Part shown: positions 49,134 through 61,709 of the stretch, piece by piece
How the letters are laid out: every line of letters begins with the position of its first letter
How positions within the stretch are numbered: the stretch's first letter is position 1
Assembly: GCA_051362555.1 (NCBI GenBank)
Contig: CM120642.1
Coordinates: 17,608,001 to 17,672,000 of the forward strand
DNA length: 64,000 bases
Source of the DNA: Lingula anatina
Lineage: Eukaryota; Animalia; Brachiopoda
Direction: 5' to 3'
Position numbers and translations under genes: made by a program
Notes under the pieces: model-generated
What the model was told of the DNA's origin: nothing
The model's database searches: none
The model's input: the letters and a program-made list of their open reading frames with translations, nothing else

Positions 49134-49389
49134 GGCTTCGTTCACATGCAATGTCTATTTTCTAAATTCTATTTTCTATTTGCGGTATGTCTTATGATCA
49201 CGGTCTGTGGCCTGAATATCCCGCGGCGTAATTACTGGCAGCGCGAGCCAGTTACTATAAGTTACTAAAAGTAACTGGCTCGCGCTGCCAGTAATTACGC
49301 GGCGGGATATTCAGGGCACAGACCGTGATCATAAGATAGCGCAAATAGAAAATAAAATTAGAAAATAGACATTGCATGTGAACGAAGCC
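49134..49389. mobile_element. 256-bp foldback MITE (~120-bp TIRs, 3-bp TTT target duplication; PIF/Harbinger-like)
   Basis: ggcttcgttcacatgcaatgtc...gacattgcatgtgaacgaagcc is flanked by ttt on both sides. The empty site is in the paralog at ~42385, and a family fragment lies at ~38348-38402. Confidence 0.9.
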
Positions 49390-49980
49390 TTTGTCCTAAG
49401 GGCCTTTGTAAGATTTTTGGCCTATATCTTATGGGTACTAAAGGACACTTTAGGACGGCCTAAAGGACCCTGTTGATGATTGGGCCAGTGTCCATTCCAT
49501 TACATGACCCAATAGGAGATTCCCGTAGGGGATGTACATAGACTGTTCCCGGTACATTGTGCCTTTAGAAAATGTGTATACATAATGTATATATCTGTAG
49601 TAATGCGGGGATGGGTATAGGTGTATAACACAAGTTTCTAGATATGTTTATAAAAGACTAACTTTAAATATTTACCAAAATATGTGTTGAAAAATTGCAT
49701 TTGCTATGCAGTTTTATCGAAGCACAATTAATATCAAATGGCTTGAGAAACAAACTGGCCAGTGAAATCTCTTTATGTTACAAGCAGACTTAATCAGAAT
49801 ATTGGGCTGTGTTAGATGTGAAAAAACACGCACACAAACACTCACACACACACCTGGACTTAAATTATACCTACATTCTCTTTACATTTTCTTTGCATTT
49901 CTTCTCAAAACCAACTATATATGTTAAACAATGCTCAGCGATTTACATATCTTCACTAAATCTTGCAGAATTCCCCGAAA

Positions 49981-50735
49981 ATGACAACGCCAAAACCAAC
50001 CATGATGCAAGGCGAAAAATAATTTTCCATACGTATATTGAATGAGGATCCGAACGAGTGCAAACTTGTATGGAAAATGGTAGTTCGATCGATCGTAATA
50101 TAAGCAACAGCATAATTTGGGGAATTACACTGAAAGGAATACGGCATCCCCTGTTGAACGTTGGGACCTTTATAGTTTTCGCAGTTATTTGCCAATTTCT
50201 AGATAATATTGTCGTGTCTGGAACAGTCGCCTCTGGAGCTTTAGTGTGTGTAAGTTATGTGAACGCCTACTACGGGTTAAACTGGAGACTATTTAATGAG
50301 AAATCATGTCCAGATTCAAGTCACAAAATGTACGCGTACTACAACAGCGGGCAAAGGGGACGCCGTTTTTGGGTCGCCGAGCACGACGGGGTCATCATAG
50401 GTGCCACAGGTATCCAAGAGCAACAGATGGCGCCGGTGGATAAATCTGGAGAGAGGAGGGGCACTGTGGCAGTGCTGAAAAGGATGGCCGTGGAGTCAGC
50501 GTATAGAAGAATGGGTGTGGCCAAAGCCCTGCTGGACACCGCCATCGAGTTTGCCAAGGAGCAATGCTACGATGTGATGGTTTTATATACAATTGAGGTA
50601 CAGTTTGAAGCTACGTGCTTTTACTTGAAGCATGGGTTTGAGAAAAAAGGAGTAACCCCGTGCGATACGGTGTTTCCCCTTCTCAGCTTCGATTTACTCA
50701 ATTTGAGACTAGATCTGAACAAAATTGCACAATGA
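49981..50735 (+). pseudogene. NAT8-like probable pseudogene (5' lesions, catalytic region intact)
   Basis: TAA at codon 14 and an 8-nt (TCGA)2 insertion near 50086-50094. The remainder is open to 50735. Confidence 0.8.
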
Positions 50736-51389
50736 CGGGTTCGATTATCATCGTCATTTTTACGCTTATATCAGGTAAGATGGTTGCAACATGTACGGAA
50801 GCGGATCCAGGATTATTTGAAGGGGGTTCCGCAGATGCGAAGCCGACCGACTCTTTTTATTGTGAGGGAGATATTATTGCTTAAATAATTTTTCTGCGTT
50901 CAAACATTTTGAGAAACATTTACACCAATCGATGTTCGACATATTTTACGTATCCACAAATTATATCCCGTTTCGCTGGAAAGCCTCTAATTTAGAAAAC
51001 GATGCACGTCTGACAGGTTCACACCGCTCTCTGTGAAAATTGCCATATGGCCACAAAACTAATCTTAATACATGTATATACAGAATTCATTTATAATGGG
51101 TGGCAATTGTACACCCGTCGAGGTTAACAGAATATAAAATATCATCATGGCACCTGTAAGCCTATGTGCTGCCTGCAATTACCACCACTACCCAATGTGG
51201 TTGTTTTCATCGACACTGGTGAAGCAAGGAAAAACAATTAATGTACAACAGATAAAAACACACATCCGTTTACAAAATCTGTACAGACTTAAATAGAGTC
51301 ATAGGGGGAGATTGTCTAACCCCGTCTTGCATTCGGTATGTCGTTTTCAGAGTCGCATGTACCGTGGGTGAAAGTTCGTATATTCTTTC

Positions 51390-54300
51390 TCAACGAAGTG
51401 AAACGCCGCCTAGGATAAGGTCCATGACATGGGAAGGCACCAACCAACTGATGAAAACATACACCTGAAAAAAGAAGAAAATACAGAGAAAACGAAAACC
51501 AGAACTCAACGTCAAATAATTTCATCGTGCACACATTTGTTTGTCAGAAAAAAAATATACAGTTTACATTACGTGTTTACTAAAGCTAGATCATGAATTT
51601 CTCTGACAGTTATCGGGGATTCTTTGAGTTTTATTTTAATCAAAACATGCCGGCTATAATACTTACTGTTTACATCTTATTCCATTCATAGTGGACAAAT
51701 TATAGCTTCCTTAAAATAAATAATTACATAACTAACTTTTTCTATGTCCATAAGATTATCAGTTCCACCGATAAGATAGCGGCAACACGGCCGCCTTGAG
51801 AATAATCCGTCCAAGACAGCCTCGTTGATGGGTGCCGTGCCAGTGACATCAGGGCGATCTTTGCCCTTCTTAAAATTCCCCAGAAACTGCTCTACGTACA
51901 CCTCCTTCGGATACACGGATTTTAACTCTTCCCCCAATGCGTCCCATTCAGCTCGCAGGGGAACTTCCAATTTCTCGGGCTGGAAAAGGTTCAAATGTAA
52001 AAGGAATAAATCCAAATCCAAATGGTGGCATGTGAGAGCGCAATAAAAACAATAAAACGATGTTGCTTTCAGTACTTGTCTTCAAAACCAATTATCAGAA
52101 TATTGGCTGGCAAAGTTTACTTATGATTTTAATGACTATAATTATCTAAAAAGCCAAATTAAGCGTGAAGTCTTCATTCTTCATTTCAAAGTCGGAAATA
52201 ACGCATTTTATGCCATTTAATAGTAATACCACTTAAAATGCATGTTATAAACCGTTTATATCTAACTTTGAATATAACATTAAATGTGGAATGCACTCCT
52301 ATGAACTGGTTGTGGCAGTAAATAACGTGATTTTAATGCACTCACGTTTTATATTGAAAGTGATTGCCAGTAAACTATATATTTCCGTTTTAAGGACCCT
52401 TTTATTTTCACAATCACGGTTTTTGGCATAAAGCGGTGAAGAGCAAAACGCTGGGCGTCAAAGTGAAATTAATCATAATCTAAAAATATAAAACGCAAAC
52501 TTTCCGATATACGTTTCGTGTACAAGCACAAATTACAAACCAATGTTGTTCTGACTGTGAACTTAAAATATACGATTTATACTGGGTATATCAAATAAAG
52601 TTCCAGTAATTTTCCCTTAAGACAAATTTCTGATTTAAAGACCCGTTTTTCAGTCTGAATTTCTTATATTCATCGTTGCAAGTGAAATTTTCCAGTTCCC
52701 TGTTCCATTTTAGAAAAATATTTGCGCTATAAAATTTACAAATCTCGTTGTGTGTTTTTAAATATAAAATGATCAAAACTGACCGCAGCTCCCTTGGTCC
52801 TGAACCGCCCAGGCTCGACCACGCTCACATGGACGCCGAAGCTGGTCATTTCGCGTCGCAAGCTGTCCGAGAAAGCCTCGAGGGCGAACTTGGACATACA
52901 GTACCCAGAATTTGCCTTTTGAGACACCTGTCCCCGAACGCTGGAAATGTTCACTATGCGACCTTGAAGAGATAAAGGCATAATGTTATAGTCATATCCA
53001 TGAATCCAAACCATGAACCAAGTATTGCATTTTACAACAAAGAATTTAATCAGATAGACGTTTTTTTTAGTAATAAAGATAAACTCACAATATTATCTCT
53101 CTCCTTGTAGTGCATTGTTTGTTTATATGTAATTTGAAAAAAAAAACATCATTGCAGCTGTAAAATAAATATGCTTACTTGTTTTAAAAATTGGTTTAAT
53201 TGACTTTTTTAAAAGTTAAAACAGATCATCTTAGGCACTGTTATTTCAAGACCTTGCAGTTCATCTAGGTGATATGATTCAACGAGTACATGTAGTTGTC
53301 AGCTGATTCTTCAACTATATCAGGATGTGAAGAAACATTTACAATTTCACACGTGTTCTTACCTCGAGAGGAACGGAGCATTGGAAGGAACTTCTTACAA
53401 ACGCGGACAACTCCATATGTGTTAATATCCATTGTTCTTTGCATCCACTCCATAGAAACTACCTCAACCGTTCCCCAGCAGCCGACGCCAGCGTTATTAA
53501 CCACTCCCCATATCTCTGAAACAAGCATTTTATATGTTTTGATGTTTTACGAGTGTTGATTTGGAGCCATGTAGACGTGACAAATGTTTGTCCGATACTT
53601 ATATATACACTGTAGTCCTGAACATTGAAATAAAACTAAGTTCACATTTTCACCTTGATGTGTCTGGTTAAGCGATGCATAGGTCCGTACATACATGTAA
53701 GTCATCTAATTTGTTATACTAAAAGGATAAATGCAGGAAGATGTACCTTTGTAATTCTTTTTAATGATGCAATAAACTCCATGTATTTGCTCATCGTTGG
53801 TCACATCTAGCTGCACCACGTGTAAGTTTGATGAACACGTGGTTCGGAGCGTTTCAGCTCCTTCCCCAGCGCTGTCCAGGCACCCTGCGAACACAATGGC
53901 GCCAAGACTGTCCAGACACTTGGCCATTTCATGACCTAGTCCTATAATTATTATAAAAAACGTCAAAATCCAATTGTTACTTTATATGCATAGTGGCCAG
54001 CCCAATACGTTCATGCGTTACTTCTTTCTATTTCATGTTATTATCATTATTTATCTTAAAATTATTATTATTTTTTTTTTTATTTATGTCTTGCTTGCTA
54101 ATCACACACTCAATCATAATCAAGGGCACTAAAGACTTTATTTCGATGCCTCTTTGGTCAGTTTGTTCCTGTAAAGCATAAACAAAAGCGGAGCTGGTGT
54201 GACAGGAATGGCAGTCCTAGGAATGCAAACCGGGACCCATATGATTAGTACAATTTTTAAAGCAAGTAAGGGTAAGACGGAGTATCGGGATTAGAATATT

Positions 54301-55573
54301 GGACGAATGTCTGCTGTAAAAAATAATGGGGAACAGACGACGGTTCCTGGCGGACCACCATTCATGTCACACTGAGATGGGTATCCGAAAAGCCTGTAGT
54401 CCCCTTAAGCTTTCCATTTTATTCGTCCTTAATAACGGGTCGTATTATTTTATTCCACATACCAATATACTCCATTAAAAAAAACAAAAAGGCAAAAGGG
54501 TAATATTGGTACTTAAGACTATGCTCAGCACAGTTTCGAAGCAATATCTGTTTTCTTTCGGCATCTTGAAAGACACAGTTATCATAAAAAATCAAAATGC
54601 TGTTCTGAATACTTGGCTGAATGAATGTACATTTATTGGGAGGGAAGCACCTGTCAATGAGCCCAAGTTGTTAAGCGCAGAATTAAGCCTCGCGGTCACA
54701 ACCGGACGCACGAATTTCAGGATCGTACGTCCCCTGCGATTTTTGGGTGTTGCGGAGGCCGTGGAGGTCGTAGTGGTAGAAGAAAGCCTGCTTTGCGAGT
54801 CGCAAGGGCCACATGAGATTTCCTTTCAAGCAGGGACGCTAATTGCAAGGAGCGATGGCCGTGGAAATTGTACTCATTTCTTGAGTTTGTCTTGCGTGGG
54901 ACGTGAGATTCTGCGCAAAATTTGGACGCAAATAGCCCGTAAGAGCCCGAACTGCCGGTTGTGACCGAGGCTTAAAGGTTATGCTTGATTACAGCTTGAT
55001 AAGAAAGTCAAACAAGTCTATACTCGTGGAGGTGGCCTACAAGCTAAGAATTTAGACGCCATATTAAAAACATCCATAAAGCCGGTACTTGCATTTATAT
55101 ATCTGTGAAACTATACCATCAATTCCCTCAAAATCGTGGGCATTAAAATGAATAGGTCAATGTCGGTAAAAATCAAACTCTGAAAATGTACCACATTATT
55201 TGTTTAAAAATTCAATAGCTGTGTACTTTAATAAGCACAGATGCCATTTTGCCAAAAGCTTCAGATAAAAATATAATTAAAATCGTTCTTAAAGTAACGC
55301 TGAACTATGCTATGTGTCGAGGGCTTCTATCAATCACTTGGCCCTTTTCTCCATAATACCTGTGTCACAGCCCGTGACCAAGACAACTCGTCCTGCAACT
55401 GGCATTCGATCCCTTTGTCTCAGGCATTCAGAGCACAGAAGGTATACTCCCCACAACGTTAATCCCGTCGAAGTAGTCAGCGGAAGCCAAGGGACGTAGA
55501 TCATTAATAGGGTTAAAGTTGCCCCGACTGTGAAGAAGATAAACCCCACAGCTATTGCAGACACCCAGAGCAT
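51390..55573 (-). CDS. Short-chain dehydrogenase/reductase paralog, 352 aa; exons 55573-55360, 53941-53747, 53515-53363, 52962-52784, 51979-51737, 51464-51390
   Basis: Same 6-exon structure and motifs (TGCDTGLG, NNAG, YCMSK) as 35115-37778. 1059 nt, open. Confidence 0.92.
54683..54975. mobile_element. MITE in SDR intron 1
   Basis: TIR ttaagcctc(gc)ggtcacaaccgg ... ccggttgtgaccgaggcttaa, flanked by TTAA. Confidence 0.75.
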
Positions 55574-57271
55574 TTTCTGATGTTTGCTTGATATTTCTGA
55601 CGAAGTGAAGACCACGAATGTGTCTCACTGTGCCAAAGCTGCCTGAAATGACGTAACTGGGACGTGTCGTGAGCAGTCCGTCAGATTTAGACTGTTCTAT
55701 ACCGCCTGTGAAAGAAACACGACTTGCGTGATAGAAATATTAAATTGAAATATGTTACTCTGGTGTTTTACGGGGTTTGTTAATGATGAAACAGAAGTAC
55801 GTTTTCTGGGGAAAACAAAATGAGGATAGTCCAGGCACAATCGCACAGCAGGTACGCTCGTGACAAAAATATCTTTCTTGACACCTGGATCTCTCTTACA
55901 TCAGTCATTAAATTGACAAGTAGGTCACAACTGCAGATTTAGATATTTTGAATAGATGTTTCTATGCTCTATATATCTGAAAGACCTAGGTCAAGGAGAG
56001 AATGATGGACGTGAAATACTGAAAAGGGGTTAGATTGCACTGCCATTAAACTAGATCCCACTATAGGGCCTACGGTAGCCTACATGTAACCCTACCCTGC
56101 AGTAGAATTTATAGCCACCATATCAGGATGCTGATTCAACAACATAAAAGTTTAAACTGAACAACCATAAGCCTATTCAATGCATAAGAGCATTCAATAT
56201 AAAACACTGTGTAAAATCCAGGTACTCTACATGTATGTTAAAAGTAGGTTAAATAAAATATTGCACTTGCTATTTGTTTAACATGAAAAACAAGACGTGA
56301 TTCAGACGGAAGACACTACAGGTATAGGCCTAAGTACATGTACGTGGATTATAAGACTACTGGTATAAGAATCACTATAAAAATAGTATAATAAAAGAAG
56401 TAGACTAAATTCACGGCACCTACCTATTGTACCTGATTTTTTTCACAGTGAGATCAGACTGAAAAGAGAAGTCAACTTCATTAATTAACATATAATTGCG
56501 CTTTGTAAAATTAAAATCACGTAGTACCTATTTACATTGTAATATGCATACGGTATAGTATGACCTTATACTTTAAAAACCTTGCAATTAGCACGTTTGA
56601 ACAGTGGCGCCCCCTCTCTTCAAGAGGCTCCTAGATCACAGTCCCCAAGATACCCTAGATACGCCAGGGCACAAAAGATAACATTCCTTAGTTGGCCATA
56701 TTGACAGATATTAGTAACAACGGTGGCATTAGGTAAAGGTGAGGACAGTCACATGTACAGAGTTCATTTTCATTATTTTGAAGCCCCCAGTGTTTAAACG
56801 TGTGTTTTGGTATGCCTATAGCCCTATAGGCCTACTCCCGCAGTACAAGTAGATGCCATTCCGCCTCTTATCATGTTAAAGTACATCGTAGAAATATGCA
56901 ATGTACCCGGTGTGCCGGGGAAATTTGATAACACGTATACGTACATGTATACACTTGTCCCAATGCAGGGATAGATGTATGTCATACAATTTTAGCCACA
57001 AACAATGGGCATCAGACTCCGAAAATGCACCACAATATTTTGTTACAAGGCAAGATTTATCGGCATACGGGTCTGTAGTAGATCTGACAGCCCACATGAC
57101 CCCCCCCCCTAAACACTTCTACTTCCACTCTGTTAAACGTCATATCCTCACAAAAATAAAAGAATGCGACCTTCACATCCTGATTTCATTTTATCTATTT
57201 TTATTAATTTTATTTTCTTATTAATTTGTTTGTTCATTATTTTGACATCTTGCAGAATTTACCGTACGGAC

Positions 57272-58015
57272 ATGACAACGCCAAAGCCATCCACGACGCA
57301 AGGCGAAAATCGATTTTCTATACGTCTTTTAAAAGAGGACCCGACTGAAAGCGATCTAGTATGGAGCATGGTAGTCCGCAACATAAGCAACAGCATGATT
57401 TTAGGAATTACACTTAAAGGAATACGACATCCCCTGTTGAGCGTAGGGACCTTGATGGTTTTCGCCGTTGTTTACCAATATCTAGGTAACATTGTGGTGT
57501 CCGGAGCAGTCGCCACTGGAGGCTTAGTGTGCATAAGTTATGCAAACGCTTATTACGGGTTAAAGTACAGACTGTTTAACAGTAAATCCTCCCCGGATGG
57601 AAGTCACAAAATGTACGCGCACTACAATAGCGGGCAAAGGGGGCGTCGTTATTGGGTCGCCGAGCATGACGGGGTCATCATTGGTGGCGTAGGTATCCAA
57701 GAGCAACAGAAGTCAACAACGAGAAAAAGTGGAGAGCGGAGAACCACTGTGGCAGAGTTGAAAAGGATGGCCGTGGAGCCGGAATATAGAAGAATGGGTG
57801 TAGCCAAAGCCCTGTTGGACACTGCCATGGAGTTTGCCAAGCAGCAAGGCTACGATGTGATTATATTGGATACATCTGAGATCCAGCGGGAAGCTATGCG
57901 CTTTTACTTGAAGTGTGGATTTGAGGAAATCGGTGTTACCCGGTGTGATACGGTGTTTCCCCTTTTCAGCTACAATTTACACAATTTCAGACGACGTCCT
58001 AACAAAAAGGCATAG
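57272..58015 (+). CDS. NAT8/camello-like GNAT N-acetyltransferase, 247 aa
   Basis: ATG (MTTPKP) follows the acceptor tcttgcag at 57255. Motifs YWVAEHDGVIIGGVGI, AELKRMAVEPEYRRMGVAKALL and AMRFYLKCGF. Confidence 0.92.
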   Translation: MTTPKPSTTQGENRFSIRLLKEDPTESDLVWSMVVRNISNSMILGITLKGIRHPLLSVGTLMVFAVVYQYLGNIVVSGAVATGGLVCISYANAYYGLKYRLFNSKSSPDGSHKMYAHYNSGQRGRRYWVAEHDGVIIGGVGIQEQQKSTTRKSGERRTTVAELKRMAVEPEYRRMGVAKALLDTAMEFAKQQGYDVIILDTSEIQREAMRFYLKCGFEEIGVTRCDTVFPLFSYNLHNFRRRPNKKA

Positions 58016-59166
58016 GTACAGGTGCAATTATTTTTGTCAACTGTTGAACGCTGATCTTACATGAGATTATTGCTATATGCTGACAAACACCCTTAAGCTA
58101 TATGCCTACCATAGGTTTATATGGACTGTTATTGATATTATTTTTGGGTAAAATTAAACAATGACTGATGGTAATTCTCTTAGTTACACTACTTGAAACT
58201 GTATGCTGGCATTTGGTTTGCTTTTGTGGCTAAAAATTGACTTCAGATGCATCTTTAAGATATGGAGTGATCAAATCAATAGAAGAAATTATATAAACCC
58301 GGTCCTGAATTTGATGGCCGCCCCTGGTACACTAAAGTAAAGGGTACACCAACAAGGGGGCGGGGGCGATTGTCCTAACCCCTCTCCCTCCTCCCAACCA
58401 GAAGGCGCTGGTCACTTTGGGTGCAGATATACCCTGACACCGAAATGATTTCGGACCTAACAGCATGTTAAGGATTAAGCACAGAGAAAAATGTTGAATA
58501 ACCAATATGTGGCGACTTCCATCACTTCCCTCAGTGTAACAGCTGGCGCCGTCACAGTATTGGTTAGTGTATGCAGCGGTATCAGTAGTTTATTGGGACA
58601 ATTAACCGCTATGTATACCGGTGTAACGAAACTGAGGGTCCGTGTAACAGAAAGCCCGCACTCCATATACTGTAGTTATAATGGTTAGGGTTATAGCCTG
58701 ACCTAAATGGGTCGAAATATAGGGCAAGGCTTAATTACCTGTACAAATGATTCATGTTACACTGGTGACCAGTGGTGACAGCTGACCAGTGATGAAGAAT
58801 CTGCATGCATGAATTTATTTGTATGACTGTGCGAAAAAAACATTTCTTCTGTACTTCAGTTTATTCCATTTATTAAATTATACCAAGAAACAGACATTAA
58901 ATTGTGACATTATTTGTGATTGTTTGTATGTTTTGTTTCATGTCATCAACAATTTGTACGAACGGGCTGCTTAAGTCATAATGTCATAATGCTTAAGTCA
59001 TAAAAGTACCTGTATATAGCCGCTCGGTGGAAATTCTCTCAAGAAACGATGCATCTTTAGACTTAAATAACTAGATATTTTCTTTGGGTAACCATCACAT
59101 ACCCTTGCGGTTCTTCATTCCCTCAAGAGATGTAACCCCCTACCCCCCCCCCCCACCCCCACCCCC

Positions 59167-59449
59167 GCCGCACGAAAATGCAGTAGTATCGAAGTAGCAA
59201 AAAAGCATTAACGCAGTAGTGGTGTGGAGCATATTTGCAGTAGAAATGCAGCATAGCCTACTACAATTCTACACCAAAAAGTACATAGGTTTGTACAGAG
59301 AGGAGAATTAATGCAGAAGATTAGCAGCATGATAGAAGCATGTTTCAAATATGCTAATTAGCTCCCAAATCGAAGCAGATTTGAAGCAAGTTTGCAGTAT
59401 GATTGCAGTAGTCTATTCTGCTAGAGTATCTACTGCGTTTTCTTGCGGG
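59167..59449. mobile_element. Non-autonomous DNA transposon with ~20-bp TIRs
   Basis: ccgcacgaaaatgcagtag ... ctactgcgttttcttgcggg, with internal gcagtag subrepeats. Confidence 0.65.
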
Positions 59450-60518
59450 AATTAATCATTTGTAATGAAATTCAGGGATCGTCTTATCTTGTCCGTGTAC
59501 GCCGTTGTGCTCATAATTTCCCAATTTCTTCATAGACAGTAAGAGTGACAAACTTGAAGGGGGGTTGAAAAATAATACGCTGTATAAAGTATTTAAAGAG
59601 GTAAAGTAAGCCTGTTAATTAATCTGATTAAGAAGTAAAGTTCTAGGATTACTTCTCTTGGTTTGATGTTACAGGATGCTACATGTAAAACAGAAGAGTT
59701 ATTAGCAAACTTCATTAATGAAATTTTGGTACAATGGGTTGATAAGTTAAAGCTTTTAGGTATCTACCGGCGGTGCATGAACATTAATTACAGTGCCACG
59801 TCTATCCTGCCCGACTGAAAAACAACAATATACCAGGTATTTGAGTTTATTTGTCTCATATCATTTCAGCAGTCTGGCGCTATCAGACTTTTAAACAGTT
59901 CTAGACCCGTTGCTGCTGCACATGCGTGGACGTCTTGTCTGTTGCTTGTGATATATAGTACGTGCATTTGTTACCTATGGCTTGCACATTACATGACAGT
60001 GCATTTAACAGCGTAGTCCAAATTATATTTTTCATTCATTGCACTGTGGACTTCCGAGTAGTTAAAGCCAGTGCCGAGTGCCTTAAATGATCGAAACTTC
60101 TTTGTTAACCAAACGAGCACATGCAATGTCTGTATTATGTCAATCTTGAGTAGAAACCAGCCTTAAAACAAAAAAGGGAGACAAATGCTCCGTATGGATT
60201 AACAAAAATATTTGTTACTTATTTTTTGCACATTATATGCGTGACAGTGCATTAAACACTTCAGTTCAATTGTTGTTGTGCTGCAGTTTAAAAATAGGTA
60301 AACCATGTTAATGTACAATCCCCATTAAGATAAATCCAGTTACCTTCAATGAGACCTTTTGATTAACAAAGGAGCAGAATGTCTGTATTATATCATTCTT
60401 GAGTAGATAACAGCCTTTTAACATAAAAGAAAAGCAGAAATGCTTCTTGTGGATAAAGAAAAACGGACGCTTTGTTATATTTCTGTCAAACAAATTTTGA
60501 CGAATGATGTTTTCTTTC

Positions 60519-61383
60519 TTATTTGTATCTGCAAAGAACTTCTCCATACGTAGACATTTCGTGACTTTCTTTGGTAACGGTATCCCATGAGATGACGTTT
60601 CCTCCAAGATTTTCGCCACAATTTGCCATTGCTGTGACGTTAACATTGTTGGTGTTCCAGACATTGACGCTTGTGATGTCACCAACATATGCTTGATAAA
60701 CATCAAATCCCCCGCCTACACTGTCTTGGTCTTGCCCAACAATCCATGTTCCATCTTTAAATAAAATTAGTTATTTCAACCTACCTTTACCTATTCGTGT
60801 ATAAAGCTTATAAATAAACATGGCGCTTGTGCACAATGTATGTCACAACAAATTTGGCAACGATCCAAATTTTCATCGAATGTACTACTAATTCATAATA
60901 GTGTCAAATCTACCAACGTGACCTCCGAAACTATAATGAAAGAATTGTCAAGATTGATATTGACTTTGTGAGAAATGATTGGTAATTTCTTACTTGGCGG
61001 TATGCTCCTAGACGTCTGGAAACCAGTGCCCCTGGCTGCTGGCATGCCATCTCTGAATACTGACCACGCTCCAACGCCATTGTTCCAAGCGAAACACCAA
61101 TGGTGCCAGGCTCCATCACTCATTTCAGAACTCGGAATTGATGTTGTGATTCGCTGTCTAAATATATAGAAAAAGATGTTTCCATTCCCTTCGTACCCAG
61201 TGAGGAACGCATTGTGGCTGCCACTCACGGCGTAAGACAGGTGATGTATAAGGTGCGATGCAGCAAAGGTTGTCTTGGCCCACAGACAGGCTGTAATGGC
61301 AGTCATCTCAGGTGTGGTGGTAGTCAACTTCACGTATCGCTCTGTGGACCGCGGAAATGGCCAACGGAAGATCGTAGTTTTAT
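60519..61383 (-). CDS. Pentraxin-domain gene, last two exons (61383-60994, 60754-60519); 5' exons not resolved
   Basis: TACLW, LSYA, DGAWHHWCFAW (pentraxin HxCxxW), and WIVGQDQDSVGGGF...YVGDITSVNVW...GNVISW. Phase-1 junctions are in frame. Confidence 0.85.
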
Positions 61384-61709
61384 CTGAAAGTAAGAGAGGT
61401 ACGTGTGTCTTACACATTGTGGGACCGTTTTCCAGAAAAGTCTTTTGTTTTGTTTTGTATATGGATTTTAGAGCAGCTTTACAAGCCGGTGTAACGAAAT
61501 TTGACTGGTTTGCTTAAATACTGAAAGAGACCAAATGTCAGTATTTTCAGAGTAAAGTGAGAAAAAAGATCAAATTGAAAAAGAACATAATCGCCGCCAA
61601 AAACACATCAGAAGAGCACTGTCTTAACACACATTCACATTAAAAACACTTTATGCCAAGCATCAGTAAAATGTCTCATGTCAGCAAGAAACTGGTTGCA
61701 AATTTTCCC

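Noticed and set aside
54506-54964. 152-aa plus-strand ORF inside SDR intron 1
   Set aside because: Runs through a GC-richer MITE and has no protein motif.
57164-57271. N-terminal hydrophobic extension of the 283-aa NAT ORF
   Set aside because: It is the T-rich intron end before the acceptor at 57255. Paralogs start at MTTP.
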